From positions 1-64,000 of the IMG/VR virus record IMGVR_UViG_3300042486_001390: DNA of 64,000 bases; one strand, 5' to 3'. The notes under the pieces were generated by a model, which was given only the letters and a program-made list of their open reading frames with translations, searched no databases and was not told the origin of the DNA. The first letter of the stretch is position 1. Each line of letters opens with the position of its first letter. Source of the DNA: a virus. Both the position numbers and the translations under genes were made by a program. Of the stretch, positions 8,487-19,500 are shown one piece after another.

Positions 8487-8511
8487 GGATCGACCTTCCT
8501 TTATTCTTACC

Positions 8512-8543
8512 TAAATCTACCATAAGCTTTATAGAAATGTCAA
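8512..8543 (-). promoter_or_regulatory. Sigma70-like promoter of the nuclease gene (copy 1 of a 32-bp duplication)
   Basis: Minus strand TTGACA-N18-TAGATT with an extended -10 TG; 30/32 identical to 9038-9069. Confidence 0.65.
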
Positions 8544-8552
8544 GTAAGAAGT

Positions 8553-8996
8553 CTAAAGATTTTTTGGGATACCAGTTCCCACATCAGAACCTATAGCCCA
8601 ACCCTTATAAAAGCTAAAGCCAGTAGTATCAATATGAAGGGGAAAACCTAACTCTTCCCAGCAGTATAATAGTCTTAGTACATCAACAGTCTGAACCGTA
8701 TAATTTAATCCTGTTTCAGTGACGATAAATTTTTCAAAAATCTCTGGGGCAACTAAAACAGAACAATAGTTAGTGTCGTCAAATTTACCAGACTTTTTAG
8801 CTAATTCAGAAGTAATTGCGATCAAAATCTTTTTTGTAAGTAATCTTTCTTGCGATATATTGCTATCTAAGTTAGTCCAAGCAATAAATCTAACAATATA
8901 ATCAAATTTTAATTCTGTTTGATCTTTGGCAATTTTTCCAGTTACTCCATAAACAGGAGCATTAAAATTTTGTTGCACTTCTGGAGAATTAGACAT
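8553..8996 (-). CDS. Hypothetical protein between the duplicated promoters
   Basis: 147-aa ORF flanked by the 32-bp direct repeat. Confidence 0.65.
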   Translation of the reverse strand: MSNSPEVQQNFNAPVYGVTGKIAKDQTELKFDYIVRFIAWTNLDSNISQERLLTKKILIAITSELAKKSGKFDDTNYCSVLVAPEIFEKFIVTETGLNYTVQTVDVLRLLYCWEELGFPLHIDTTGFSFYKGWAIGSDVGTGIPKNL

Positions 8997-9037
8997 AACT
9001 TGTAGTAAAAAAGATGCTAAACTATATTTGACTAATT

Positions 9038-9069
9038 TAAATCTACCATAAGCGTAATAGAAATGTCAA
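9038..9069 (-). promoter_or_regulatory. Sigma70-like promoter (copy 2 of the 32-bp duplication)
   Basis: TAAATCTACCATAAGCGTAATAGAAATGTCAA; its -35 box overlaps the ATG of the divergent RHH gene. Confidence 0.65.
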
Positions 9070-9212
9070 ACAATAAGCCTAAAAATTATTATCCTCTTAA
9101 CGTCCGTACTTCGCTACCTGAATATAAAAAACTAAAAACCTACTGTGATTCCCAGAAGCGGTCAATAACCGAGGTAGTTCGGGAATTAATTAGAAGTTTA
9201 CCCGATGACTGA
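9063..9212 (+). CDS. 49-aa ribbon-helix-helix (CopG-like) regulator, absent from the ORF track
   Basis: Manual translation MSNNKPKNYYPLNVRTSLPEYKKLKTYCDSQKRSITEVVRELIRSLPDD: beta-strand LNVR plus two helices; such RHH genes accompany cyanobacterial tnpB. Confidence 0.75.
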   Translation: MSNNKPKNYYPLNVRTSLPEYKKLKTYCDSQKRSITEVVRELIRSLPDD

Positions 9213-9426
9213 TACTCAAGGATGTTATTGGGATAGCTAGTGTTAAAAGTGCCAGTTCATAGACCGGCACTAAAGTTGCTTGCTCTTCATTCAGGTAGCA
9301 GTAACGCTCAGGACGACCGCCGCTAGAGCCTTCTAGGGGTTTCGACATTTGAAATGCGACAACTCCAAACTCTTGAATCTCGTTAAATAGTTGCCTGACG
9401 ATTCTAGTAAGAAGAAAGAAATAGTT

Positions 9427-9462
9427 AAAGAGAGAGGATTAAAATAATCCTCTCTCTTTTTT
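9427..9462. terminator. Intrinsic terminator hairpin
   Basis: AAAGAGAGAGGATT-AAAAT-AATCCTCTCTCTTTTTT. Confidence 0.75.
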
Positions 9463-9484
9463 AGTGTCCTATGCTGGCAGGCGT

Positions 9485-9745
9485 TGTTAGATTGTAATTA
9501 GATTGTAGATATTGTTATTAACAATAGAACCCTTGATATATATAGCTTCTAGACTTTGTTGATACTGTTGACACTATCCCCCGATATTATTTTTTTACGC
9601 TCTTACTGTTGAGGCTGTCTTTCCTTTTTACCCCATTTTCTTTTTTCCTCTATAAAGCATCAACGGCATCTACAAAGTCCAAAACCGTTACAGGGTAACG
9701 GTTTTGGTTGTAGATAGGGTTATTTACAATCTATCAACAATCCAA
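9485..9745. repeat. Two oppositely oriented copies of the composite palindromic element
   Basis: 26-bp cores at 9501-9526 and 9706-9731; palindrome CCAAAACCGTTAC-AGG-GTAACGGTTTTGG. Confidence 0.8.
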
Positions 9746-9764
9746 CTTCCCACGGTATGGGTTC

Positions 9765-10058
9765 TTAGTTACGAGAAAAAAACTCTGGACATCTTTTTTT
9801 AGCGTTTTCAAGGATTTTCCTTATTCTTTCGTTGATAAAATAATCACGCCAAATATTAATTGGTTCGTACTGTGACCTCGAACTACTGTTCTGTTCAACG
9901 GCATATCTAATCGCTCCCATAGTTTCTCCCAGTGTCAGTCCAGACTTGAGATACTGACAAGTTCTTTTCTCAAGTATCTCTTGAGTTTGAGTATCGAGAG
10001 ACAGTGCCACGGTAGGCATCATTCCTAAAAACAATAAGCTTAAAGCAATCTTTCTCAT
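9765..10058 (-). CDS. Small secreted protein
   Basis: Signal-peptide-like N-terminus MRKIALSLLFLGMMPTVALS; two cysteines. Confidence 0.65.
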   Translation of the reverse strand: MRKIALSLLFLGMMPTVALSLDTQTQEILEKRTCQYLKSGLTLGETMGAIRYAVEQNSSSRSQYEPINIWRDYFINERIRKILENAKKRCPEFFSRN

Positions 10059-10076
10059 CGGGGTTATCGTAATTTT

Positions 10077-10511
10077 CTATGATTTTACCACTCCTGAAGC
10101 AGGTACTCGATAAACCAGTACAGGCGGGTATTCATGAATATAGGTCTTCATCACGCCATTTATTGAGTCAGCATGAATATACTCCCCATCTCCTAAATAG
10201 ATGCCTACATGACCATCTACCCCTGACTTATGGAACATTAGAACATCACCTTTACACAGATCACCTTCAACCCTATCTAGTAAGCGATCAAGAAATTTGA
10301 CTAAGAAGTTATTCCGGGGAATCCGTTCGTAGTTTTCAATAATGAAATCATGGGGCAAGAATCCGACTTTAATCCCCACGCCAGCGATAAATCCTACACA
10401 ATCGGTTCCAATACCTTTGAGGGATTGACCATGAAACCAGGGAGTACCGAGCCATTCAAGAGCTTCGGTAACAATTTGATTACCCAAAGAATCGTTTTTT
10501 AGTTCGTTCAT
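10077..10511 (-). CDS. NlpC/P60 phage tail peptidase
   Basis: WLGTPW, GTDCVGF (catalytic Cys), HVGIY and IHA; follows the TMP. Confidence 0.9.
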   Translation of the reverse strand: MNELKNDSLGNQIVTEALEWLGTPWFHGQSLKGIGTDCVGFIAGVGIKVGFLPHDFIIENYERIPRNNFLVKFLDRLLDRVEGDLCKGDVLMFHKSGVDGHVGIYLGDGEYIHADSINGVMKTYIHEYPPVLVYRVPASGVVKS

Positions 10512-13500
10512 TTTGTGTATTTTCCCGTTCTTTTAATTGATTCAAACTATAACCCATATCATTCCGTGATTCTACAGTCACGTTATTGGTGTTATTAATT
10601 ACCAAAGACTGATTAGAGTTATTGTTATTTGAGGTTGTGGAGTAATTAGGCTTACCCCCGACAAATCCCCCATTAGCATAGTTCTTAATAGGAGCATTAT
10701 TTCTGTAGTCTAGATAAGCTTCTGTTTCTTTAGGGGTAAGAACCAATTCGCCTTCATTAGCTACGATTAATCGAGGTTTTCGGCCTCCCGACATTGCTCG
10801 TTCGCGCTGAAAAGCTGAAATGATATTTTTCTCTATCGGAGCATTGGCATCCCCAACTTTTCCACCATCACTAAATAGGCTGAATCCTGTACCTAGAGAA
10901 AAGGCAGAAGCCGGAGCAGAAGCAAAGCTAGAGGCTCCTATACTACCAAGTGACCCAATCGAACCAAGTCCGCCTAGTCCCCCACTAAAAATCCCTGTTA
11001 TTCCACTAAGTAGCCCGTTAAATAAGCCACCTCCGCCACCTCCCCCAAAAATAGAGGAAAAGATGTTACCTACTGGTTTAAAGATACTGTTTAGGGCATT
11101 AGTAAAGAAGTTGCCTACTGGCCCGATGATTGCATTAAATACTGACTCAAATGCCTGAGTTATTGGTTTAGTAAAACCATCGATAGCAGAAGTTAGGGCA
11201 TCGATAGCAGGCTTGGTAATACCCTCGACAAATTTAGTTGCAATATTTAAGCCAAGACTACTAAAAGCTGATCCTATTCCTTTTCCTTCTCTAATATCAG
11301 AGAAAAAGCTTTCAGCTGCGCCACGATTTGGAGAAGCGTCTAACTCCGCTCGTTCTAACCTTAATTCTGCAAGCTTTTCCCATTCTGATCGGATATTGGC
11401 CACATATTCAGCGTATTGTGGTAAGTCTTTGTAAGGTTCTAAATAATCCTCTAATTCCTCTTTTTCTTTTTGTAGGCTAATACGTTCAGCAAAGATAGCA
11501 GAATCATCAAATAAAGTCGGTCGAGACTGAAATTCTAGTTGCATTCTTTGGACAGTTAAATCATTTAACCGATCACGAATGCTCCTGACTGTATCTCTGG
11601 TTTTTCTAAATGATGCTTCTAAGGTAGCTACTCCCTGATTCTTGCCTAATTGTTCAATTGCTTGATCGAGAATTCTTACCCGTTCTTTAGCTAATTCAGC
11701 GTTTTTAGCTAAAACCTCGATACTATCTGTCATCTCTTTGACAAATTCAGGGGGAAGAGCTATACCTTTTTCTTGAAATTCTCCTAAGATTTCTTTTATT
11801 GCGTCGCTGTATTTTTTTTGAGCGTCAGCATTTAAAAGTAAAGTCCGTCGCTGGTCTTGCAAGGATTCAATTTGAGAGCGATATTGACGAGAAACTTCTG
11901 TGGCAGACTTATTAATTTCCTCTTGAACCGTTAAATAGCCTTTAGAATTTATTGTTAAATCGGTAACGCTTTCAGATGCGTCACGAATAGTTCTATTTAA
12001 GTTGCGAGCTTCTTCCTCTTGCTGCTGTCTAAATTTTATTGATCTGTCAAGAGCATTGTTTAGATTTTGTTGCTCTTCTAGTCGTCTTAAAAGCTCGTCA
12101 GCGTTTTGGTTGGCTGTTTCAGCGTTGCGAATTTGATCAGCGGCCGCATCAAGATTACCCGTAGGAAGATTAGGAACGGGCGGTAAATTAGGACTCTGGA
12201 AGTTAATCGGATTGTCTTTAGGAACCGGTGGTAAATCGGCATCCCAGAAGTTATCTTGATTTTGATTAGGTAAAGTTGGTAATTGGGCTATAGGTGGGGG
12301 ACTACTAAATTCTGGACCACCTTTTCCTTCTTTTGTTTCTTCTTTTGTTAAAACACGGGGAGGTTGTAAAACAGGAACAGAAGTGGGCAAGGGGACAGGA
12401 GAAGGGTTAGGTGTGGAGTCTTTAATGGATTGGCTAATTGCATTAGTAGCATTAGTTATTATTGTTCGATTATTTAGTTGATTGCCGTTAATGTTTGCAT
12501 AAGCAGTTACAATATATTCTTTCCCATTAATGTTTACCAGTCCAACGTTACCAATAACTTTAGAGTTATTTCCAATTTTTCCGCCGATTTCATTATTGTA
12601 CTTAAAATTTCTTGTTTGTCTCAGAGATTGTTCAGCTAATTGACTTGCAGGATCTTGATTTTTAATTAAAGACTGCATAGCTAACGTTACGTCTTGTGCT
12701 GTTGAAATGTTTGGAGTTCCACTGCCTGGTATATTTAAATACCTAGAAATAGTAGTGTTTTTATAACCTTCTTTTTTGGCTAATTCTGTAGCTCTGGTTA
12801 GCCCACCTAGCTGATCAATTAAAACATTAGTTGCCGTATTATCTGACTTTTCTAGCATTAATTGTATTAACTGTTCAACTGTTCTAACTTGATTGGCTTT
12901 TAATTGTCCGTGTGGATCAACCAAAGGCAATTTTATAGCGATAGCATCTTTTAAGGAAAGTTTTCCGCTTGTTATTTCTTTGGCAATCAAATCAGCAATA
13001 ATAACTTTAATTGTACTAGCTGGCGACGCTGGGGGTGTTTGAGCATTTTTAGAATATACAGTTTTTCCGCCAACTTCTTGAACTAAAACAGATTGAATAT
13101 TTTTTGGTAATCTGTTAGTGATTTGTTGCTGAACTGATGGAGAAGGGTTAGGGGTGGAAGTTGATGGAGTGGGTGAACCACCTTGATTTCTTCTGATTTG
13201 TCGAATACGGTTTGATGCTCCGCTGTTAGCAGGATTGCCGTCATATCGCAGTGCGTCTAGTTCGGATTGAGTACGAGGGGCATTTGGTTGGTATTTTCGT
13301 AAAGACTGATCGTAAACCTTTAACAGGTCTTCCATCCGTTTCATACCTTGCCCTGGGTAATTAGCCCCTGGGAAAGATGCCCATTCTGTGCGGGTTGCGT
13401 TAATTGCCCCAGGAATATCTCCCTTAAGAAGCTCGTCCAATCCACCTCTCATTAAAATACGGCTTAATGCGACTAAATCTTGAGAGAAAGAAGAAAAATC

Positions 13501-16500
13501 TTTTAATCCTAATTTCGCTTTTTCTTCATCCCATGTAAAATCCATGATCTGGTATCTTCCAGATGCCGATGAAGTGGTTGATCCAAACGGGATTCTTCGG
13601 CGTGGATGGTCTGCAAAAGAACTAAATTGTCCATGGCCAAAAAGGGTGTTATATCCTTGATTTGGCATCTTGGCAGTACCTTCTGCGTAAGCAATAACAT
13701 CAAGAAAGGCTTTGACGCGAGGATTGTTTAAATGCTGAGATAATTCTTGACCGCGTGGTGTTAATCCTTTGGGAATTGAAGACGACTGTGGCGGTGTCGG
13801 CGGTAAAAACCCTCCCCCATTCCACACAGGAGCAGGGGTGAAATTACTGGGAGCCGGTAATATTATTCCTTCCTTAGCTTTTCTAATTGCCTCAGCAGTT
13901 TCCTCTATACTTTTTACTAAGTCTTCTCCAGAAGTCTTGATATTTGGGGGAATAGCCACTAACTCAGAATTGATTAATTTAATTGGCTCTGGAAGTGTAT
14001 TAAGATTTGTGACAATATCCTTGATTGATTGGGGAATAAAGCCTAATTCTTTATTGGTTTGTCGGATTAAATCAGCTAGAGTACGATTGAGGTTTTCTTG
14101 AGTCCGTTTAATATCCTCAATCGTTCTCAGTCTATTTCTTTCAGCGTCTTGCTGTTGCTCTTGTAGATTACGGATATTTCTTAGAGTAGAGATATAGGAA
14201 GTTTCTATTTCCTCGGTTCGGGATTGGAAGGTGCGTCCGCGACTGGCAAGGTCAGCTTGTCCCTGGACAAATTCTAGGAAAATTTCACCTAATTCTTTAC
14301 CAGCGTCGCTTGTACCGGGTATCAATAACCGATTTTTAACTTGCTGTACCCTGATTCTATCAGTCGTATCTAGTAACTGATTTTGGGCATTCAAGAGGTT
14401 CTTATCGAGTTCCCTGACTAAATCACTGTAACTTTCAGATAGGGAACGATTCTCTTTAAATGCTGACAGTTGAGCGTCTTCAATCTGTCTTCTATAATCT
14501 TCAATCTGACGATTAAAGTCGATTATCTGACGGTCAAGGTTGCGGTAATAGTCTTGTATTTGTTCTTGCTGATCTCTTAAAGATAGTTCGGTTTCAGCTA
14601 TTTGCTGTGTGATATTTGCAATAGCTGTTTTTACTGCTAAAGGATCATCTACGTTTAATACTAATTTTTCTTGCTCTAAGGCTAATTGATTATAAAGAGC
14701 CGCTAAGTTTATCTTGGTTTGTTCCAGTCCGTAGCTAATATTTTGACTGGAGGAGGTTTTATTAGCTAGATTAGTGAGTTGTTCTGCTTTAACAATTTCT
14801 CCACTAGCTTGTTTTTCTTGTATTTGTCTTTTCTTTCTTTCGACAATAATCTCCCGACTAATTTGCTGAATTTCTCTCTCAGTGTTTAAAATATCTCGTC
14901 GAGCAGTTGCGTATTCTTTAGCCTGATTTAAAATAGCTCTTAAAGCGGCGTTGTCTTTTAGGTCAGATTCATACTGATCCATTATTTGCTGAATAGCATC
15001 AGGAGAGAGTAAATTTTCAGCAATTGCTTCACCAAAACTCGCTACATTTAGCTGTTTTAAGTCTTCTTTAAAGTAAGTGCTTAAAACTTTATTGGCAGAT
15101 TCAGATAGCCTTTCGTTTAAAATATTAGAGATAGAGTTAGCTGAATTGCCTAAAGTGGCAATACGCTCTTTAGCAGTCTGTAAGCTTTCTTCTTGAACTT
15201 CAACATTAAACTGAAATTCATTAATTTTCCCTGATGCAAATTGTTGATTTAATCCAATTGAACGACTTAAACTATTTCCTTCATTAGCAAAATTAGCATT
15301 AGCTCTTGTTCTTATAGCAAGATCAAAGGCAACTTGTAATTTTCTATATTCTTTTTCTTGGTCTTTCAAGACTTGTAGATAATCTTGTTCCGCTTTTTTT
15401 AGTTGACCAATTATAGTCAAGAGGTCTATTTTACGTTGTTTGTAAGCAATATCAGTTATATCTTTATTCTTAAAGCTTTGCTCTAACGATGCTAACGCTA
15501 TCTCATATTGTTGAAGGTCAGCAGTAATTCTTGACCCAACGGGACCTAACTGTTTATTAATTAGCTCCTGTTCTTGCTTCATTAAATCCTGCTCTCGCTG
15601 GTTAAATTCAGCTACAGATCGGTCGTTTCCTTTTGCGCTTGCAATTGTTCTTTCTGCTCTGACTAAAGCTAAATTATTTCTGATTTCTTGTAATTCAGAT
15701 GAAAATTGCTTGCTACCTGAAAAATTAGATAAAGTGTCTTGATATTCTTTGAGATTTCCGACTCCAGTAGCCAGAGATTTATCAATGTTTTCTAGTCCTT
15801 GTCGTAATTCTAATAGTGACATAAGCCATTTAGAATTATAAACAAGCCCTAGTGTTAGAACATTAAAAAACTTTTCTCCTCCAGACAATTCCATGTCAGG
15901 CAAAAAGCTTGTTAAACCTTTGCGATTACTGTTATCGGTTTTGTTTTGCCAAACATCAAGAGCTTTTTTAGACTCTTCTAGGGTTCTTACAGCTTGTTTT
16001 AGTTCTTCGCTACCAGCATTTAATGCGTTATAAACAAATTGAATACCAGTTATCACCGCAGTAGGGATAGCCAATGCTTTAATTAATCCTATTCCTGCTA
16101 AAGTAGCAAGGTTTATAGATACTTTTAGTTTACCCATGGCTGTAGCTGTAGATAGAGACGCTACTCCGGCAGCTTGTAAGGATGCACTCATAGCAGCACT
16201 GGCAACGGCTCCTAACCGACCAGCTGCCGCAAATTGCATGACTGATTTTCCTAAGAATCCCATGACTGACAGTAACCCTGCGGCTCCCACTGATGCCACC
16301 GTCCCTAGATTGTCATTTAAGGTACTTAAGCCGGCATTTAATGCCTGTAAAGCAGGGTAAGCGACTACTCCAATTTTTTCCCCTAACTGCATTTGAAGCT
16401 GTTCGGTATTGTTCTGGAATCGAGAGATTTCCGATTGTAAAGTTCCGGTAGAAAGAGAAAGACCTCCAGCACTCATCCGTTTATATTCAGCCGCTAATCG

Positions 16501-19500
16501 AGGTAAAACATCTTGTGCCAAGAGATTGCCTGCTGATGCTTGTTGATAAAATTGAGCAGTGGTCAGCCCTATTGATCGGGCGGCTACATTTAAAGCGTCG
16601 TTTAACCCTCCTGACTCGCTCAATTGCTGTGTGAATTCTTCAACGGAAACAACAGCTTTAGAGGCTATTTGCCCGATAGCTCTAAAAGATTCAGCTTGTT
16701 GTTGGGCATTGGTTTGTCGCGCTGCTAATGCCTCTTGGAATCCTTCAAAAATATTATCTGCCTGCGCTTGTAGTGGAGAATCAGTAGTAATTAATTTGAA
16801 TCTGCTATAAGCAATAGCGGATTCTTTAAAGGATATTCCTAATTTGTCAGCCCTTGCCACTAAAGCGTCAAGAGATTGTTCTACGTTGCCTACACCGGCA
16901 AGATTTAAATTTAATTTAATTCTTTGTAACTCAGTAAAGGCAAGTAAAGAATCAGTAACAGCTTGTTGAATCCTAAAAGGAATATCGTCAATAGCAAAAA
17001 ATAGAGGTCGTAATAAGAATTCTGCTCCTTTGAAAAGAGCAAATCCCCCAATCACCGCCATAGCACTTTTACCAAGACTAATCATACCTCCTGTAGCAGC
17101 ATTAAGTTCTTGGTCGAGAGTTCTGAGTGCTTTGCCGCCGACCGAGAGGAAATTAATAAATCCGTCCGCTTGGGCAATAACGGCTTTTAGTCCAGTTACG
17201 ATGCCGTCTGTAAAACCACTAGAAACGCCCGCTTTTTCAATACTATCGAGAGCGTTGAAAATGTTGTCTCGTTTTTTATTCCAGTCATCAAGAATTTCTT
17301 CTCGTGTTGATTGTTTTGGAAGTGCTTCGGAAAGAAGTTTTTTGCGTTGTTCTAATATTTGTTGCTGTTTTTCTAGTAATTGACGAGCTTTTTTAATATC
17401 CTCAAGATATTCTTTCGCCATTTCGCTTGCTGATTTTACCTGTTTATTTGGTTCAGGTTCGGGATCAGGTGAAGCAACAGGTCGGTTAATAGGAGGGTTA
17501 GGAGGCTGTCCACTACTACCGATATTTTCCCACGGATCAGGTGAAGCAACAGGTCGGTTAATAGGAGGGACAGGAGGCATTCCGCCGCTTGATGTTTGTG
17601 ATTGAACAGAAGATGTAATCTTGGGAGTCTTGAATGTTTTAACTTTTTCTTCTACTTTTTGTAATTGACTTTTGATATTTAATAATATCTGATCGTCAAT
17701 TTCGACCTGCTTCCTAGCTATAGCCTCGTAACTATTAAATATTGGTTTTGGCGGAATTGGTCTGACTATTTCATGTACATCCTTCCATGGATCAGGGATA
17801 GGAGACGGTGTATAAAGAGGAAGTTTTTTTTCAATAACGCTAAACTCAACATCTATAATGCGAGATAGATTAGTATTATTTGGCTGTTTTGGCTGTGGTA
17901 TATTTTCAATAATTGGAATAGCTTCTAAGGGTTTTTGTCGTTGACTTGCTTTTTTTAGCTTAGATGCAACTTTTCCAGTTATTCCAAGCAAACTCAATAA
18001 AGAAGCAACGGTTAACCCATAATTGCCTATAAATTCTAGCAGATCGTTAGTTAATGCTTTATCAGCAGATTCAACTTTTCTAGAAATATGTTTAACTGGT
18101 AGTATTTCGTTAGCTGTTAATTGAAGACTAATAGGCAGTTCTCTATCAGCAACAGCGTCAAAAACATTGCTTGTTGAAAGATTTTTTTCTTTTTCAACAG
18201 GAGGGGTAACTACACTAGAAGATTCTGATAGCTTCGCTTGGTTGCTTTCTATTTGAGGACGTTCAAAAAATCTTAATTGGTAAGGGGTAGATTTTCCAGT
18301 TCCTCCTAAAGATTGTGGTAGAATGCGACTTAATGACTTATCTGGCACTGTTAACCTTGCCATATTTCCATGATCGGGAAGCATAACAGCAGCAAATCCC
18401 ATAGAGCGAGTATATTTCTCTAACTGTTGTGGAGTCATATCTTTTTGACTTTCCATAACAGTTAAATTACCTTCTTTTGTTTTACCGAAAAATACTCTAG
18501 GACGAGGAATTTCATAAGCTAACTGCTGTTTTAACGAGCTATGATAGCCTCCTTTGTAATTAGCTGGCTGTTGAACTTCATCATTATATAAAACATGAAG
18601 ACCGCCGATAAAAGTATCGTAATTGGTTAATTTATTTGATTTAGCTCCGCCATAACCAAATTTTAAATTACCTTGTTTGTTAATACCGATAAAACCCCTT
18701 TCTTCTGCAGCCGCACGATTACGAGATAACTGCAAAACTTGTCCTCTCTGGACAACATCGGCAATCATGTTTACTTGCTGGTTTTTGTCTTGCAAGAAAA
18801 ATTTATCAAACATCGGACCAGAGCTATAAGCAATTGCCTGTTTATCTTGAAAAGCTTTTTTATCAACATCAACTTGCTTAACAACCTCTACCCCGGTTGT
18901 GGCAGGGTTCATCGTGACCCCCTTAAAGGATTCTGTCTGGATAAACTGCTGTGCATTGACAGGCATTCCACTAGAAGCTATAGCAAGAGTAGCTAACAGT
19001 CCTTTCGCGGCAGAATTAGATAATCCTTTTTGTAACTCTTTGACGACTTTAGTGGTTAGTTCTTTTATTTTATTAGTTAATTGATTTTCTTTTTTCTTAA
19101 TACCGTTTTCTACTCCTTTTATTAGGTTTTCCCCCGCTTCTTTGCCTTTCCAAGATGGTGAAGCATTCCCCAGTCCTTTATTTGTTGCGTCGATAATTCC
19201 AATTGCAACATCTAAAGCGTATTTTTCGCTATTATTATTTTGTAATCCAATATTTAACCCCTTAATATAATTTAACCCAGACTGTTTGCCATCACTGGAA
19301 AACATCGAACTAATCGCTTCAAGGTTTTTTGCGAATACTGGAACGCCAGCACTTAAAGAAGATGCAATAACTTCAATGAGTTTGCGTCCGTAAATATTGT
19401 ACTTTTCTTCTATATCGCCTAAATTAATGCCTAAAAAATCAGACGGATCAATTTTGCCAGTAGTTTGAACCTCAAGGTATTCAAGTATCTCATTAGGTCT

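Noticed and set aside
9213-9420. tmRNA (GGGG...TTCGAC motif)
   Set aside because: No matching acceptor stem, T arm or tag reading frame could be identified
12420-13110. Beta-lactamase resistance gene
   Set aside because: The SxxK/SDN domain is embedded in the TMP next to a lysozyme and is more plausibly a peptidoglycan-acting domain
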